A stretch of DNA of 24,000 nucleotides, taken from positions 1,174,916 to 1,198,915 of the forward strand of contig NZ_CP157399.1 in the NCBI RefSeq assembly GCF_047652685.1, read 5' to 3'. Under the pieces are notes generated by a model. It saw nothing but the letters and a program-made list of their open reading frames with translations, did no database searches and was not told the origin of the DNA. Shown piece by piece: positions 1 through 8,042 of the stretch (within the stretch, counting starts at the first letter, position 1; every line of letters begins with the position of its first letter). The position numbers and the translations under genes were made by a program. The stretch comes from Dehalobacter sp. CP. Lineage in GTDB: Bacteria > Bacillota > Desulfitobacteriia > Desulfitobacteriales > Syntrophobotulaceae.

Positions 1-1
1 T

Positions 2-175
2 CTTAAAATCGTGGGAGTAGCCTATTTGGCGGAATTGGGAGGCCAAATCTGCCGGGATGCCGGAGAGAATGCACTGGCCACAAAAGTTGAAATTGCAGCC
101 AAAGTATTCGTGGTCATTTTGGCTATCCCAATCATTGCAGCGATCATGGAATCCGTGATGAAGCTGCTGGCGTGA
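2..175 (+). CDS. spoIIIAD: Stage III sporulation protein AD, C-terminal part (5' end lies outside the window)
   Basis: The frame is open from the window edge to TGA 173-175. It translates LKIVGVAYLAELGGQICRDAGENALATKVEIAAKVFVVILAIPIIAAIMESVMKLLA, which matches the conserved SpoIIIAD C-terminus. It lies directly upstream of spoIIIAE. It is missing from the ORF track because it has no start codon in the window. Confidence 0.85.
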   Translation, partial: LKIVGVAYLAELGGQICRDAGENALATKVEIAAKVFVVILAIPIIAAIMESVMKLLA

Positions 176-187
176 GGAGCGATACGG

Positions 188-1432
188 ATGACAAAAAAAG
201 TCTTGGCTACGCTGGGGCTTGCCATATGGATGACCCTGGTATTTGCTTTTCCAGTGGTGACCCTGGCGGCAGAAAGTCAGGAGACGAGTTACACAGGGAC
301 GGAGGCGGATAAACGATTTGCGGAAGCAGAGAATTCCGGGGAGATGGGCGTGTCCGAAAAAGTAGATTTGTCCGAAGAGATAGATTTATCTAAAGTCAGA
401 GAATTTTTGAATCAACTGGACCGCGATGTTCAGGACTCTCTGCCTGATTTTTCTTTAACAGAGATCTTTGAAAGTATTAAAAACGGCGAGGCTAATTTTA
501 GTCTGCAGGGCATCGGCAGCAGCATTGTCAAGGCTCTGCTGAAACAGGTAGTCACCAACGCGCCTTTGATTGCAAAGCTGCTGGTGCTCGCTGTGATCTG
601 CGCAATCATCAATCAACTGCAGTCTGCTTTTACAGGCGAAGTAAGCAGGATAGCCCGAATGCTCGTATATCTTGTCCTGTTGGCGCTTGCAATGACATCC
701 TTTCGTATTGCGCTGGACGTCGGCAATGCGTCCATTGACAATATGGTTTCTTTTATGCAGATCATCCTCCCGGCCATGTATACCGTCCTGCTGACCATGG
801 GCAGTCTGACCAGCGCAGCCTTGTTTAAACCGATGGTCATCGGCAGTCTGATCTTTTTGGCTACGGTAATCAAAAACATTGTGTTGCCGCTTTTTTTCCT
901 GAGCATTATCCTGAGGCTGTTCAATAACATTTCCGAACAGTTCAAGCTCAGTAAATTAGCCTCTCTGCTGGAGTTCGGAGGTAAACTCAGTATTGGTATC
1001 GTCATGACGGTTTTTATCGGCATTATGTCGGTACAAGGCGTAACAGGGGGCGTAGCCGACGGGGTCACGCTGAGGACGGTAAAATATGCAGCAGATTTGA
1101 TCCCGGTTGCCGGCAAATTTTTCAAAGACGCTGTTGAGATCGTGGCAAGCTCAGGTCTCTTGCTTAAGAACGCGCTGGGGATCGTGGCAATGATTGCGAT
1201 TATCGTCATTACCTTTCTGCCGGCGATTAAGATTATCGCGATGATGTTTACTTTTAAACTGGCTGCGGCACTGGTCGAACCTCTGGGAGAAAAAGAACTT
1301 GCGGATAGTCTACAGGACATGTCCAAAGGCTTATTATATATTTTTGTAACCGTTACATCCGTCGGTATCATGTTTTTTATGACGATCGTGATCATTGTCG
1401 GGACTGGAAATTTGGCGGTAATGCTTCGCTGA
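188..1432 (+). CDS. spoIIIAE: Stage III sporulation protein AE (polytopic membrane component of the SpoIIIA-SpoIIQ channel)
   Basis: 414-aa ORF with a signal-like N-terminus followed by many hydrophobic helices. GAGGAG RBS at 174-179. Its position between spoIIIAD and spoIIIAF fits the operon order. Confidence 0.9.
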   Translation: MTKKVLATLGLAIWMTLVFAFPVVTLAAESQETSYTGTEADKRFAEAENSGEMGVSEKVDLSEEIDLSKVREFLNQLDRDVQDSLPDFSLTEIFESIKNGEANFSLQGIGSSIVKALLKQVVTNAPLIAKLLVLAVICAIINQLQSAFTGEVSRIARMLVYLVLLALAMTSFRIALDVGNASIDNMVSFMQIILPAMYTVLLTMGSLTSAALFKPMVIGSLIFLATVIKNIVLPLFFLSIILRLFNNISEQFKLSKLASLLEFGGKLSIGIVMTVFIGIMSVQGVTGGVADGVTLRTVKYAADLIPVAGKFFKDAVEIVASSGLLLKNALGIVAMIAIIVITFLPAIKIIAMMFTFKLAAALVEPLGEKELADSLQDMSKGLLYIFVTVTSVGIMFFMTIVIIVGTGNLAVMLR

Positions 1433-1449
1433 TTTTGAGGTGTGGGAAA

Positions 1450-2067
1450 ATGGAAGGATTAAAGACGCTGATTCGCAACCTGGCTTTCATTCTATTGCTG
1501 GCCTCCTTTCTCGAGATGCTTCTGCCGAATAAATCCATGCGGGGATTTGTGCAGATGGTCATGGGGCTGTTTGTGATTGCGGCAATCCTGAATCCGTTGG
1601 CAGATCTACTGAACTGGGACTTTGAAAATAGCGTGCCGGCCTGGGCCGGCAGTTCTTCCGGAGACTTGCCTGTTCTGGCACAGGAAAATAGTTCTGACGG
1701 AGAAGACAATTCTTCCACGGAAGCAAATGCTCTGGTGATCGAACAATACCGCAGGATTCTGGTTAACCAGATTCAGGCCCTTGTATCCGGAGTGGAAGGG
1801 GTCAAAAGCTCGGATACGAATGTTGAACTGGAGGACGGGGGAGAGGGATTTGCCGACTATCCGCAAATCCAAAAAGTCGAGATCCATTTCAGTCAGCAAA
1901 TTGTCAGCATTGAGCCTGTTAAGCCGGTCATTATCGGAGGCGTCAACACAGACCAGGCCGAGGACCAGGGAACGGCTGAGTCAGCGAAAGCAATGGAAAT
2001 AAAAAAACAGGTTGCAGCACTCATGCAGCTGCCGGAAGAAATCGTGTTTGTGCAGGAAGAAAAATAG
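1450..2067 (+). CDS. spoIIIAF: Stage III sporulation protein AF
   Basis: ATG 1450 is preceded by GAGGTG. The N-terminus MEGLKTLIRNLAFILLLASFLEMLLPNKSMRGFVQMVMGLFVIAAILNPL matches the SpoIIIAF two-helix N-terminal pattern. The track start at 1435 (TTG) is less likely. Confidence 0.85.
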   Translation: MEGLKTLIRNLAFILLLASFLEMLLPNKSMRGFVQMVMGLFVIAAILNPLADLLNWDFENSVPAWAGSSSGDLPVLAQENSSDGEDNSSTEANALVIEQYRRILVNQIQALVSGVEGVKSSDTNVELEDGGEGFADYPQIQKVEIHFSQQIVSIEPVKPVIIGGVNTDQAEDQGTAESAKAMEIKKQVAALMQLPEEIVFVQEEK

Positions 2068-2083
2068 GAGGAAGGAAGTCAGT

Positions 2084-2641
2084 ATGGGATTTTTCAAGCA
2101 GGTGATCACAGAAAAGATTACGTTGGCCGTGATCTTGCTGGTAATCGTCGCAGCCATTCTTATTTTTACCTCACAGGAGGATCAGCCCGCTGCATCAGTC
2201 CAATCCCCGGCTGAAACGGTAACAGCCGTTCCAGAAAATGAATCGGGTTTTACTGCATTGGAAAAACAACTTGAAGAAAAACTTGCAGCCAATCTGGAAA
2301 AAATTCAGGGCGTTGGCAAAACGAAGGTCCTAGTTACCCTGACCTCCGATGTAAAGAAACAGTATGCCAGGGATGAAAGCGTTACGAAAAAAACTTCCAA
2401 GGAAACGGATAAAGACGGCGGAACCAGAGAAACGGAAGAGGTAACTCAGAATAACAAGATCGTGGTCGTCGGCGAAAATGCTTTAATCATTACGGAGGAG
2501 CGTCCACAGGTCGCGGGAGTATTGGTTATCGCGCAGGGAGCAAGTGATCCCAAAATAAAGGAACAAGTATTTGAAGCGGTCAGGACGTTGTTGAATATTG
2601 AACCGGCCAAAATCAGTGTTGTTCCAATGGGGGGCGTCTGA
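2084..2641 (+). CDS. spoIIIAG: Stage III sporulation protein AG
   Basis: ATG 2084 lies behind AGGAGGAAGGAAG. One N-terminal TM helix. The C-terminal motif VAGVLVIAQGASDPKIKEQVFEAVRTLLNIEPAKISVVP is typical of SpoIIIAG. The track start at 2012 would overlap spoIIIAF and was rejected. Confidence 0.85.
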   Translation: MGFFKQVITEKITLAVILLVIVAAILIFTSQEDQPAASVQSPAETVTAVPENESGFTALEKQLEEKLAANLEKIQGVGKTKVLVTLTSDVKKQYARDESVTKKTSKETDKDGGTRETEEVTQNNKIVVVGENALIITEERPQVAGVLVIAQGASDPKIKEQVFEAVRTLLNIEPAKISVVPMGGV

Positions 2642-2642
2642 A

Positions 2643-3185
2643 TTGAACCTGAAAATAAAAGCATCCTTGATCTGGATCACCGTGATTCCGGCCATCGCGG
2701 TATGCTCCATTGTTTGGCTCAGCCAAGCATGTTTTGGGCAGCAAAAGGAAGAAGGCTTGCCGGTCAATATCCCGGATTCCGTTTGTTTCTCAGCAGAAAT
2801 AATTGAACTGACGGAAAATGAGGGGGAAAACTACTTTGTTAATTATAGGATCAAACGGGAGCAGACCAGACAGGAAACACTTAACATGCTGGAGCCTTTG
2901 CTGGCGTCCGATATCACGGAGACACGCAGTCAGGCGCAGCAGCGCTGGCTGGCCTTAAGCGACAAGATCAGCAGGGAAGCCGAAATTGAGAATGTGCTGA
3001 AAATGAAAGGTTTTACAGATATTGTTTCGGAAGTCAACACGCAAAAGGCCACGGTTACAGTCCTGGCAAATCAATTAAAAGTTCAGGACATGTTTATTAT
3101 CCAAAACACAGTATCGGAAATTACCGGTTTTTCAGTTGATCAAATCGAAGTAGCAGTCGTCAAAGACACGTCGGAAAAAATCTGA
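2643..3185 (+). CDS. spoIIIAH: Stage III sporulation protein AH
   Basis: TTG 2643 lies 1 nt after the spoIIIAG stop, with a G-run RBS at 2629-2634. One TM helix, then ENYFVNYRIKREQTRQETLNMLEPLL and a C-terminal YscJ/FliF-like region, as in SpoIIIAH. The exact start is uncertain (alternative TTG at 2598). Confidence 0.8.
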   Translation: MNLKIKASLIWITVIPAIAVCSIVWLSQACFGQQKEEGLPVNIPDSVCFSAEIIELTENEGENYFVNYRIKREQTRQETLNMLEPLLASDITETRSQAQQRWLALSDKISREAEIENVLKMKGFTDIVSEVNTQKATVTVLANQLKVQDMFIIQNTVSEITGFSVDQIEVAVVKDTSEKI

Positions 3186-3260
3186 TAATCGGGTCCGGTG
3201 GAAAATGTTCCATATTTGCGTTATTCAGGAATGAAATTTATGTTAATAAGGCAGGGGGAT

Positions 3261-3288
3261 TTGCGGCAACGGGGGATTCTGTTATAAT
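3261..3288 (+). promoter_or_regulatory. Candidate sigma-A promoter for the Asp23-DUF2273-nusB unit
   Basis: TTGCGG (3261-3266), a 16-nt spacer, then TGtTATAAT with an extended -10 (TATAAT 3283-3288). It lies 42 nt upstream of the Asp23 start. Confidence 0.5.
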
Positions 3289-3329
3289 AAAAATAATAAC
3301 AGGTTGAAGATGGAAAATGAGGTGCGATA

Positions 3330-3767
3330 ATGGATAATAACAAAATAGATCATTCAATCGGTTCAGTCAAAATTGCTGATGAGGTCGTTGAAGTGATTGC
3401 CGGAATGGCAGCTTCGGAAGTTGAAGGAGTCGCTGAGTTAAGCGGAGGTTTCGCCCAGGATATCGCCAATATTTTAGGCCGGGGCAAAAATTCATCCAAA
3501 GGTTCCAGGGGCATCAAAGTTGAAATTGACGAAAAAGAAGCTTCCGTGGATTTGTTTATTGCCGTCCAGTACGGGGTGTCAATTCCTGATGTAGCCCAGA
3601 AGGTACAGATCGTTGTGAAAGAAGCGATTGAAGGGATGACTGGATTAACCGTCATGGTCATCAACGTTCATATTCAAGGCATCGCGTTCAAAAACACGGC
3701 TGAGATCAAGGACGTCAAAGACAGCAAAGATAAAACGAATAAAGAAAAAGATTTGAAAGAAAAATAG
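3330..3767 (+). CDS. Asp23/Gls24-family envelope/alkaline-shock stress protein (positional equivalent of B. subtilis yqhY)
   Basis: 145 aa. The N-terminus GSVKIADEVVEVIAGMAASEVEGVAELSGG and a Lys/Asp-rich tail are typical of the Asp23 family. GAGGTG RBS at 3319-3324. Confidence 0.9.
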   Translation: MDNNKIDHSIGSVKIADEVVEVIAGMAASEVEGVAELSGGFAQDIANILGRGKNSSKGSRGIKVEIDEKEASVDLFIAVQYGVSIPDVAQKVQIVVKEAIEGMTGLTVMVINVHIQGIAFKNTAEIKDVKDSKDKTNKEKDLKEK

Positions 3768-3789
3768 AACAGTGCAGCAGGGTGGAGAG

Positions 3790-4059
3790 ATGAGCAATTT
3801 CTGGAGAAATATCGGGGATAAACTCAATATTTTTTTTCTATGGTGTCTTGATAATCATCCTGGTAAATTTTTTGGTTTTTTGATTGGTTTTTTTGTGGCT
3901 TTGATGTTTATTTTGCTGGGATTTTGGCAGACACTGCTTTTAGCTGCCTTATCCTGCGGGGGATATTACTTGGGAAAATGCTGGGATGATGGGGTTTGGC
4001 CTACCGGACTGAGCAAAGTAATACATAGAATACCTTTTTGGGGCAAACATAAAACGTAG
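3790..4059 (+). CDS. Small integral membrane protein, DUF2273-like (Asp23-operon partner)
   Basis: ATG 3790 lies behind GGTGGAGAG. About 89 aa with two hydrophobic helices (FFGFLIGFFVALMFILLGFWQTLLLAALSCGGYYLG). It lies immediately after the Asp23 gene, as in other Firmicutes. Confidence 0.7.
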   Translation: MSNFWRNIGDKLNIFFLWCLDNHPGKFFGFLIGFFVALMFILLGFWQTLLLAALSCGGYYLGKCWDDGVWPTGLSKVIHRIPFWGKHKT

Positions 4060-4082
4060 AATGAAATTCCGGAGGCATATTG

Positions 4083-4505
4083 ATGAGTAAAATAATGGGC
4101 CGAAGAAAGGCCCGCGAAACGGCACTGCAAATACTTTATCAAATTGATATAACGGGAGAAACGGACAAGCGGGAACAAGTCCTGCAGCATTGGATCCAGG
4201 AATTTGCCGTCTCTGATAAGACGGCAGATTTTATTAGGGAACTGGTTGAAGGAACCCTGCAGAACAAAACGGATATTGATGCCAAGCTTGCTTCGACTTC
4301 CCACGAATGGGCTCTGGACAGGATGGGCAATGTGGACCGCAATCTGATGCGGCTTGCTGCCTATGAAATGCTGTACAGCCCCGGCACGCCCCAGCGGGTC
4401 ACTTTAAATGAAGCGATTGAGATTGCCAAAAGGTTCGGCGGGGATGATTCAGCAAAATTCATTAACGGTATTTTAGACAAGCTGATGGACGAGAGTGAAA
4501 AATGA
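4083..4505 (+). CDS. nusB: Transcription antitermination factor NusB
   Basis: GRRKARETALQILYQIDI..., ...RLAAYEMLY... and ...VTLNEAIEIAKRFGGDDSAKFINGILDKL are canonical NusB motifs. GGAGG at 4071-4075. Confidence 0.92.
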   Translation: MSKIMGRRKARETALQILYQIDITGETDKREQVLQHWIQEFAVSDKTADFIRELVEGTLQNKTDIDAKLASTSHEWALDRMGNVDRNLMRLAAYEMLYSPGTPQRVTLNEAIEIAKRFGGDDSAKFINGILDKLMDESEK

Positions 4506-5455
4506 TGTTCTTAGGTCTTGATACAAGCGCATACACGACATCCGTCGCCGTGGTGAATCAAGAAAAGCATCTGGTCTGGGAAAAAAGACACCTACTCGAA
4601 GTTCCTCAGGGAGAGAAAGGGTTGGCCCAGTCGGAAGCTCTTTTTAATCATATTAAAAATCTTCCGGAACTACTGGCCCTGGTTCCGCCAACGATATGGC
4701 CGGAAATTGCCGGCATTGGCGTCAGTACGGCGCCTCGTCCGGCAGAGCAATCCTATATGCCGGTCTTTCTGGCAGGAAGGTCGGTTGCTTCATCTCTGGC
4801 CAGCGCTTTAAATGTAAAGCTTGTAACGACGAGTCATCAGGAAGGACATCTGGCTGCAGGATTGGAATCCGCCGAAGGTTTTGCTTTGACGGATTTTTTG
4901 GCTGTCCACCTTTCGGGAGGAACAACGGAAGTATTGAAAGTCCGGAAGGATTCTCCCGGAAAACTAAGTTTGCAGATTCTTGGCGGAAGCAGTGATCTGC
5001 ATGCCGGTCAATTTGTAGACAGAGTCGGCGTGCGTCTGGGGCTGCCTTTCCCGGCGGGAAAGGAGCTGGAAAAACTGGCTTTAAAATCAGCGCCTGGATC
5101 TGCTTCTCTGCTGCCTTCCTCGGTCAAAGGATATGAGATGAGTTTCTCGGGCGTCGAGTCGGCAGTTCAGCGTCTGATCGAAGAAAAAAAACGTTCGGCT
5201 GATCTGGCCCGGGCGGTGGAAGGCTGTATTGTCCGGACGATTTATAAGGTCTTGACCAAAGCTGTTGACGATACCGGACTCAGAGATATTCTGATTGTTG
5301 GCGGAGTAGCCTCAAATCAATATCTAAGGAATCAGCTTGAAAAGAAGCTGGAACCTCAGGCCAGATTATTTTGGGCAAAGCCGGGATGGAGTTCAGATAA
5401 TTCGATTGGGGTCGCACTTCTGACGCGGGAAGCGGTGTTGTCGGACAATCAGTAA
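4502..5455 (+). CDS. TsaD/Kae1-like (peptidase M22/glycoprotease family, ASKHA fold) protein; specific function unknown
   Basis: 317 aa. By-eye match to TsaD motifs: GLDTS, SHQEGHL (vs HHMEGHL), LSGGTTE (vs VSGGHTQ), DLHAGQFVDRVGVRLGL (vs DDAAGEAFDKTAKLLGL), MSFSGVES, VGGVASNQYLR, SDNSIG. The start overlaps the nusB stop (ATGA). Confidence 0.8.
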   Translation: MMFLGLDTSAYTTSVAVVNQEKHLVWEKRHLLEVPQGEKGLAQSEALFNHIKNLPELLALVPPTIWPEIAGIGVSTAPRPAEQSYMPVFLAGRSVASSLASALNVKLVTTSHQEGHLAAGLESAEGFALTDFLAVHLSGGTTEVLKVRKDSPGKLSLQILGGSSDLHAGQFVDRVGVRLGLPFPAGKELEKLALKSAPGSASLLPSSVKGYEMSFSGVESAVQRLIEEKKRSADLARAVEGCIVRTIYKVLTKAVDDTGLRDILIVGGVASNQYLRNQLEKKLEPQARLFWAKPGWSSDNSIGVALLTREAVLSDNQ

Positions 5456-5552
5456 TTGTTTTTATCTTCTACAAAGAGATTTAGAAAAAATCTAAAAATA
5501 TGATATAAAATGAGTTTTTTTGAGCTCTAAGGACATTTTACAATGAAAAGAC

Positions 5553-5582
5553 TTGATTTCGGAGCAAAAGTTCATTTATAAT
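5553..5582 (+). promoter_or_regulatory. Candidate sigma-A promoter for nfnAB
   Basis: TTGATT (5553-5558), an 18-nt spacer, then TATAAT (5577-5582). This leaves a ~120-nt 5' UTR before GTG 5709. Confidence 0.5.
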
Positions 5583-5708
5583 AAACAAGGTAAAGTATCA
5601 AATACGTGTTACTGTGCCAAACATAGATGTATATACTTGTATAGCTTGGAAAAGGGGACCATTCATCCGTTTGGTCGGTACAACGAATAATCCTGAGGGG
5701 GAGACAAC

Positions 5709-6551
5709 GTGTATAAGGTAGTCAAAAGAAGGCAGTTGGCAGACATTATTACACTGCTGGAAGTAGAAGCTCCGGAAGTCGCCAAGAAAGCCCAACCCGG
5801 CGAATTTGTCATTGTTCGCCAAAATGAGGAATCTGAAAGGATCCCTTTGACCATCATGGACTTTAATCGGGATAAAGGGACAATCACCATCGTCATCCAG
5901 GAGGTAGGCTATTCATCCAATCTGATTACCCGGATGCAGGAAGGTGATTCTTTTGTTACATTTGTAGGACCGCTCGGACAAGCCACCGAAATGGAGAATT
6001 ACGGTACGGTTCTGTGCATTGGCGGCGGCGTGGGTATTGCGCCGGTTCATCCGATTGCGCGCGGCCTGAAAGAAGCAGGGAATAAGGTCATCTCCATTCT
6101 CGGAGCAAGAACTAAAGACCTGCTGATCCTCGAAGACGAAATGCGGGCCGTAAGTAATGAAGTCGTCATTACAACCGATGACGGCACTTATGGCATGAAA
6201 GGTTTTGTCACGCACGGCATCCAGTCCGTTTTGGACCAGGGTATCAAAGTTGATGCGATCTGGGCGATTGGTCCGGTCGTTATGATGAAATCCGTAGCGA
6301 ATTTTACCAGACCTCTTGGCATCAAGACCATCGTCAGTATGAATCCTGTCATGGTCGACGGAACAGGAATGTGCGGTGCCTGCAGACTCGATGTCGGCGG
6401 CGAAACCAAATTTGCCTGTGTTGACGGGCCGGAATTTGACGGCCACAAGGTAGATTTTGACCTGGCCATGAAACGTTCGGCCTTCTTTAAAAATGAAGAA
6501 GCTGTCGCTTACGGTAAAGTCAAGTGCCAGTGTGCAAAGGAGGGCAAATAA
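5709..6551 (+). CDS. nfnA: NADH-dependent reduced ferredoxin:NADP+ oxidoreductase small subunit (FAD/[2Fe-2S]; often annotated as sulfide/dihydroorotate dehydrogenase-like electron-transfer subunit)
   Basis: 280 aa. GTG start behind GAGGGGGAG. Ferredoxin-reductase-type FAD/NAD fold (GGGVGIAP). C-terminal cluster motif GTGMCGACRLDVGGETKFACVDGPEF. Paired with the GltD-like large subunit downstream. Confidence 0.8.
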   Translation: MYKVVKRRQLADIITLLEVEAPEVAKKAQPGEFVIVRQNEESERIPLTIMDFNRDKGTITIVIQEVGYSSNLITRMQEGDSFVTFVGPLGQATEMENYGTVLCIGGGVGIAPVHPIARGLKEAGNKVISILGARTKDLLILEDEMRAVSNEVVITTDDGTYGMKGFVTHGIQSVLDQGIKVDAIWAIGPVVMMKSVANFTRPLGIKTIVSMNPVMVDGTGMCGACRLDVGGETKFACVDGPEFDGHKVDFDLAMKRSAFFKNEEAVAYGKVKCQCAKEGK

Positions 6552-6553
6552 TC

Positions 6554-7942
6554 ATGGCATCAAAAGCACCACGACATGATATGCCCTGTCAGGATCCAAT
6601 CGTCCGGGGGAAAAATTTCAGCGAAGTTGCGCTGGGATACACGGTAGAGACCGCTGCGGAAGAGGCCAAACGCTGCATTCAGTGCAAAAAGCCAAAATGT
6701 GTGGAAGGCTGCCCGGTAGGGGTAGATATTCCCCAGTTTATCAATAAAATAGCCGAGGGTGAACACCTCGAAGCCGCGTCCATCTTAAAAGGCAAAAATA
6801 CCTTGCCGGCAATTTGCGGACGTGTCTGCCCGCAGGAATCCCAGTGTGAAGCCCAGTGTATCCTTGGCGTCAAAGGCGAACCGGTTGCAATCGGCCGTTT
6901 GGAGCGCTTTGCAGCAGATTACGAAATGGCCAATGGCACAAGCAAATTAGAAAAAGCAACACCGTCAGGCAAAAAGGTAGCCGTGATTGGTGCTGGTCCT
7001 GCGGGACTGACCTGTGCGGCTGAGCTCGCCCGCAAAGGCCATGCTGTAACTGTTCTGGAAGCCTTGCATGTGGCCGGCGGCGTACTGATGTACGGAATTC
7101 CTGAATTCCGTCTGCCGAAAGCCATTGTTCAGAAAGAAATCAACAGCTTAAAAGATATGGGCGTCGAAATCCTGGTTAACCAAGTCGTTGGCAAAGTCAC
7201 CTCTGTCCAGGAACTGCTGGCAAACGGCTATGATGCCGTATTTATCGGCACCGGCGCCGGGCTGCCATACTTTATGAAGATTCCGGGTGAAAACTACAAC
7301 GGCGTATATTCCGCCAATGAGTTCCTGACCCGGTCGAATCTGATGAAAGCCTATGATTTCCCGAATCATGCGACCCCGATCAAAGTGGGAGAGCAGGTCG
7401 CGGTACTTGGCGGCGGCAACGTGGCCATGGACGCAGCCAGAACAGCGCTTCGTCTCGGTGCCAAAGACGTTTACATCGTTTATCGCCGTTCCATGACCGA
7501 ATTGCCGGCGCGTGTTGAGGAAGTGCATCACGCTGAGGAAGAAGGCATTCAATTTAAGATATTGACCAATCCGATTGCGATCAATGGTGACGAAAACGGT
7601 AATGTCAAGAGCATGACCTGTCTGAAATATGAGCTGGGTGAGCCGGATGCATCCGGACGCCGCCGTCCGGTAGCGATTGAAGGTTCCGAGTTTGAGCTGC
7701 CGGTGCAGACCGTCGTAGTCTCGATCGGCCAGGGACCGAATCCGCTCGTGACCACCACGACAGCAGGTTTGGAACTGAACAAGTGGGGCAACATCGTTGC
7801 CGATGAGACGACCATGGCGACCTCGATTCCGGGTGTGTATGCCGGCGGAGACATCGTGACCGGCGCAGCCACTGTCATTCTCGCAATGGGCGCTGGAAAA
7901 ACGGCTGCAGCTTCGATCGACGCGCATTTAATGACAAACTAG
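6554..7942 (+). CDS. nfnB: NfnB large subunit (GltD-like; commonly annotated as 'glutamate synthase (NADPH), homotetrameric')
   Basis: ATG 6554 lies behind AAGGAGGG. Two N-terminal Cys clusters (CIQCKKPKCVEGCP; ICGRVCPQESQCEAQC). Two Rossmann motifs (VAVIGAGPAGL; VAVLGGGNVAMD). GDIVTGAATV near the C-terminus. Confidence 0.8.
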   Translation: MASKAPRHDMPCQDPIVRGKNFSEVALGYTVETAAEEAKRCIQCKKPKCVEGCPVGVDIPQFINKIAEGEHLEAASILKGKNTLPAICGRVCPQESQCEAQCILGVKGEPVAIGRLERFAADYEMANGTSKLEKATPSGKKVAVIGAGPAGLTCAAELARKGHAVTVLEALHVAGGVLMYGIPEFRLPKAIVQKEINSLKDMGVEILVNQVVGKVTSVQELLANGYDAVFIGTGAGLPYFMKIPGENYNGVYSANEFLTRSNLMKAYDFPNHATPIKVGEQVAVLGGGNVAMDAARTALRLGAKDVYIVYRRSMTELPARVEEVHHAEEEGIQFKILTNPIAINGDENGNVKSMTCLKYELGEPDASGRRRPVAIEGSEFELPVQTVVVSIGQGPNPLVTTTTAGLELNKWGNIVADETTMATSIPGVYAGGDIVTGAATVILAMGAGKTAAASIDAHLMTN

Positions 7943-7990
7943 TTGACTGTAACGCAACTTAGCCCTAAATAAAAGACGTCAATGTATAAT

Positions 7991-8040
7991 GTGCACCCCA
8001 AATGTTGGACAAAAAAATCAACATTTGGAGGTGCACTTTT
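7991..8040 (+). terminator. Long hairpin (10 + 7 bp, one bulge) followed by TTTT. Candidate nfnAB terminator that also buries the RBS of the IS remnant
   Basis: GTGCACC-CCAAATGTTG (7991-8007) pairs with CAACATTTGG-a-GGTGCAC (8019-8036) across an 11-nt A-rich loop, and TTTT follows at 8037-8040. GGAGGTG (8027-8033) lies in the 3' arm. Confidence 0.5.
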
Positions 8041-8042
8041 CT

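Noticed and set aside
613-1395. Long antisense ORFs opposite well-supported genes: 613-1395, 5913-6446, 7148-7927, 15337-16398 (353 aa opposite dxs) and 18957-19541, all on the minus strand.
   Set aside because: Each lies entirely within, and antisense to, a gene with unmistakable family motifs. Their translations are low-complexity or rich in Arg, Ser and Ile and have no recognisable motifs or RBS. This is typical of shadow ORFs.
2012-2083. Upstream-extended starts given by the ORF track (1435, 2012, 2598, 3772, 6524, 7989, 18029, 19228, 22009).
   Set aside because: The extensions overlap the preceding gene or lack an RBS. In most cases an internal ATG with a strong GGAGG-type RBS begins exactly where family homology begins. 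For the 2598 ORF the preferred start is TTG 2643, and 18131 remains a possible alternative to 18182.
3199-3220. Terminator for the spoIIIA operon (TGGAA-aatg-TTCCA followed by TATTTG).
   Set aside because: The stem is only 5 bp and AT-rich, and the T-tract is weak. That is too marginal to report as a feature.
4696-4995. Same-strand alternative-frame ORFs inside genes, for example 4696-4995, 1781-2002, 12955-13161, 13617-13841, 18243-18530, 19910-20107, 20480-20671, 20687-20881 and 22810-23004.
   Set aside because: They are embedded in the coding frames of recognised proteins. Their composition is biased toward Arg, Ser and Cys, and they have no RBS.
5583-5708. Rex-type operator or riboswitch in the nfnAB 5' UTR (TGTTACTGTGCCAAACA at about 5608-5624).
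   Set aside because: It is only a weak TGTT...AACA symmetry, with poor agreement to TTGTGAA-N6-TTCACAA-like consensus sequences. No convincing conserved structure is visible.
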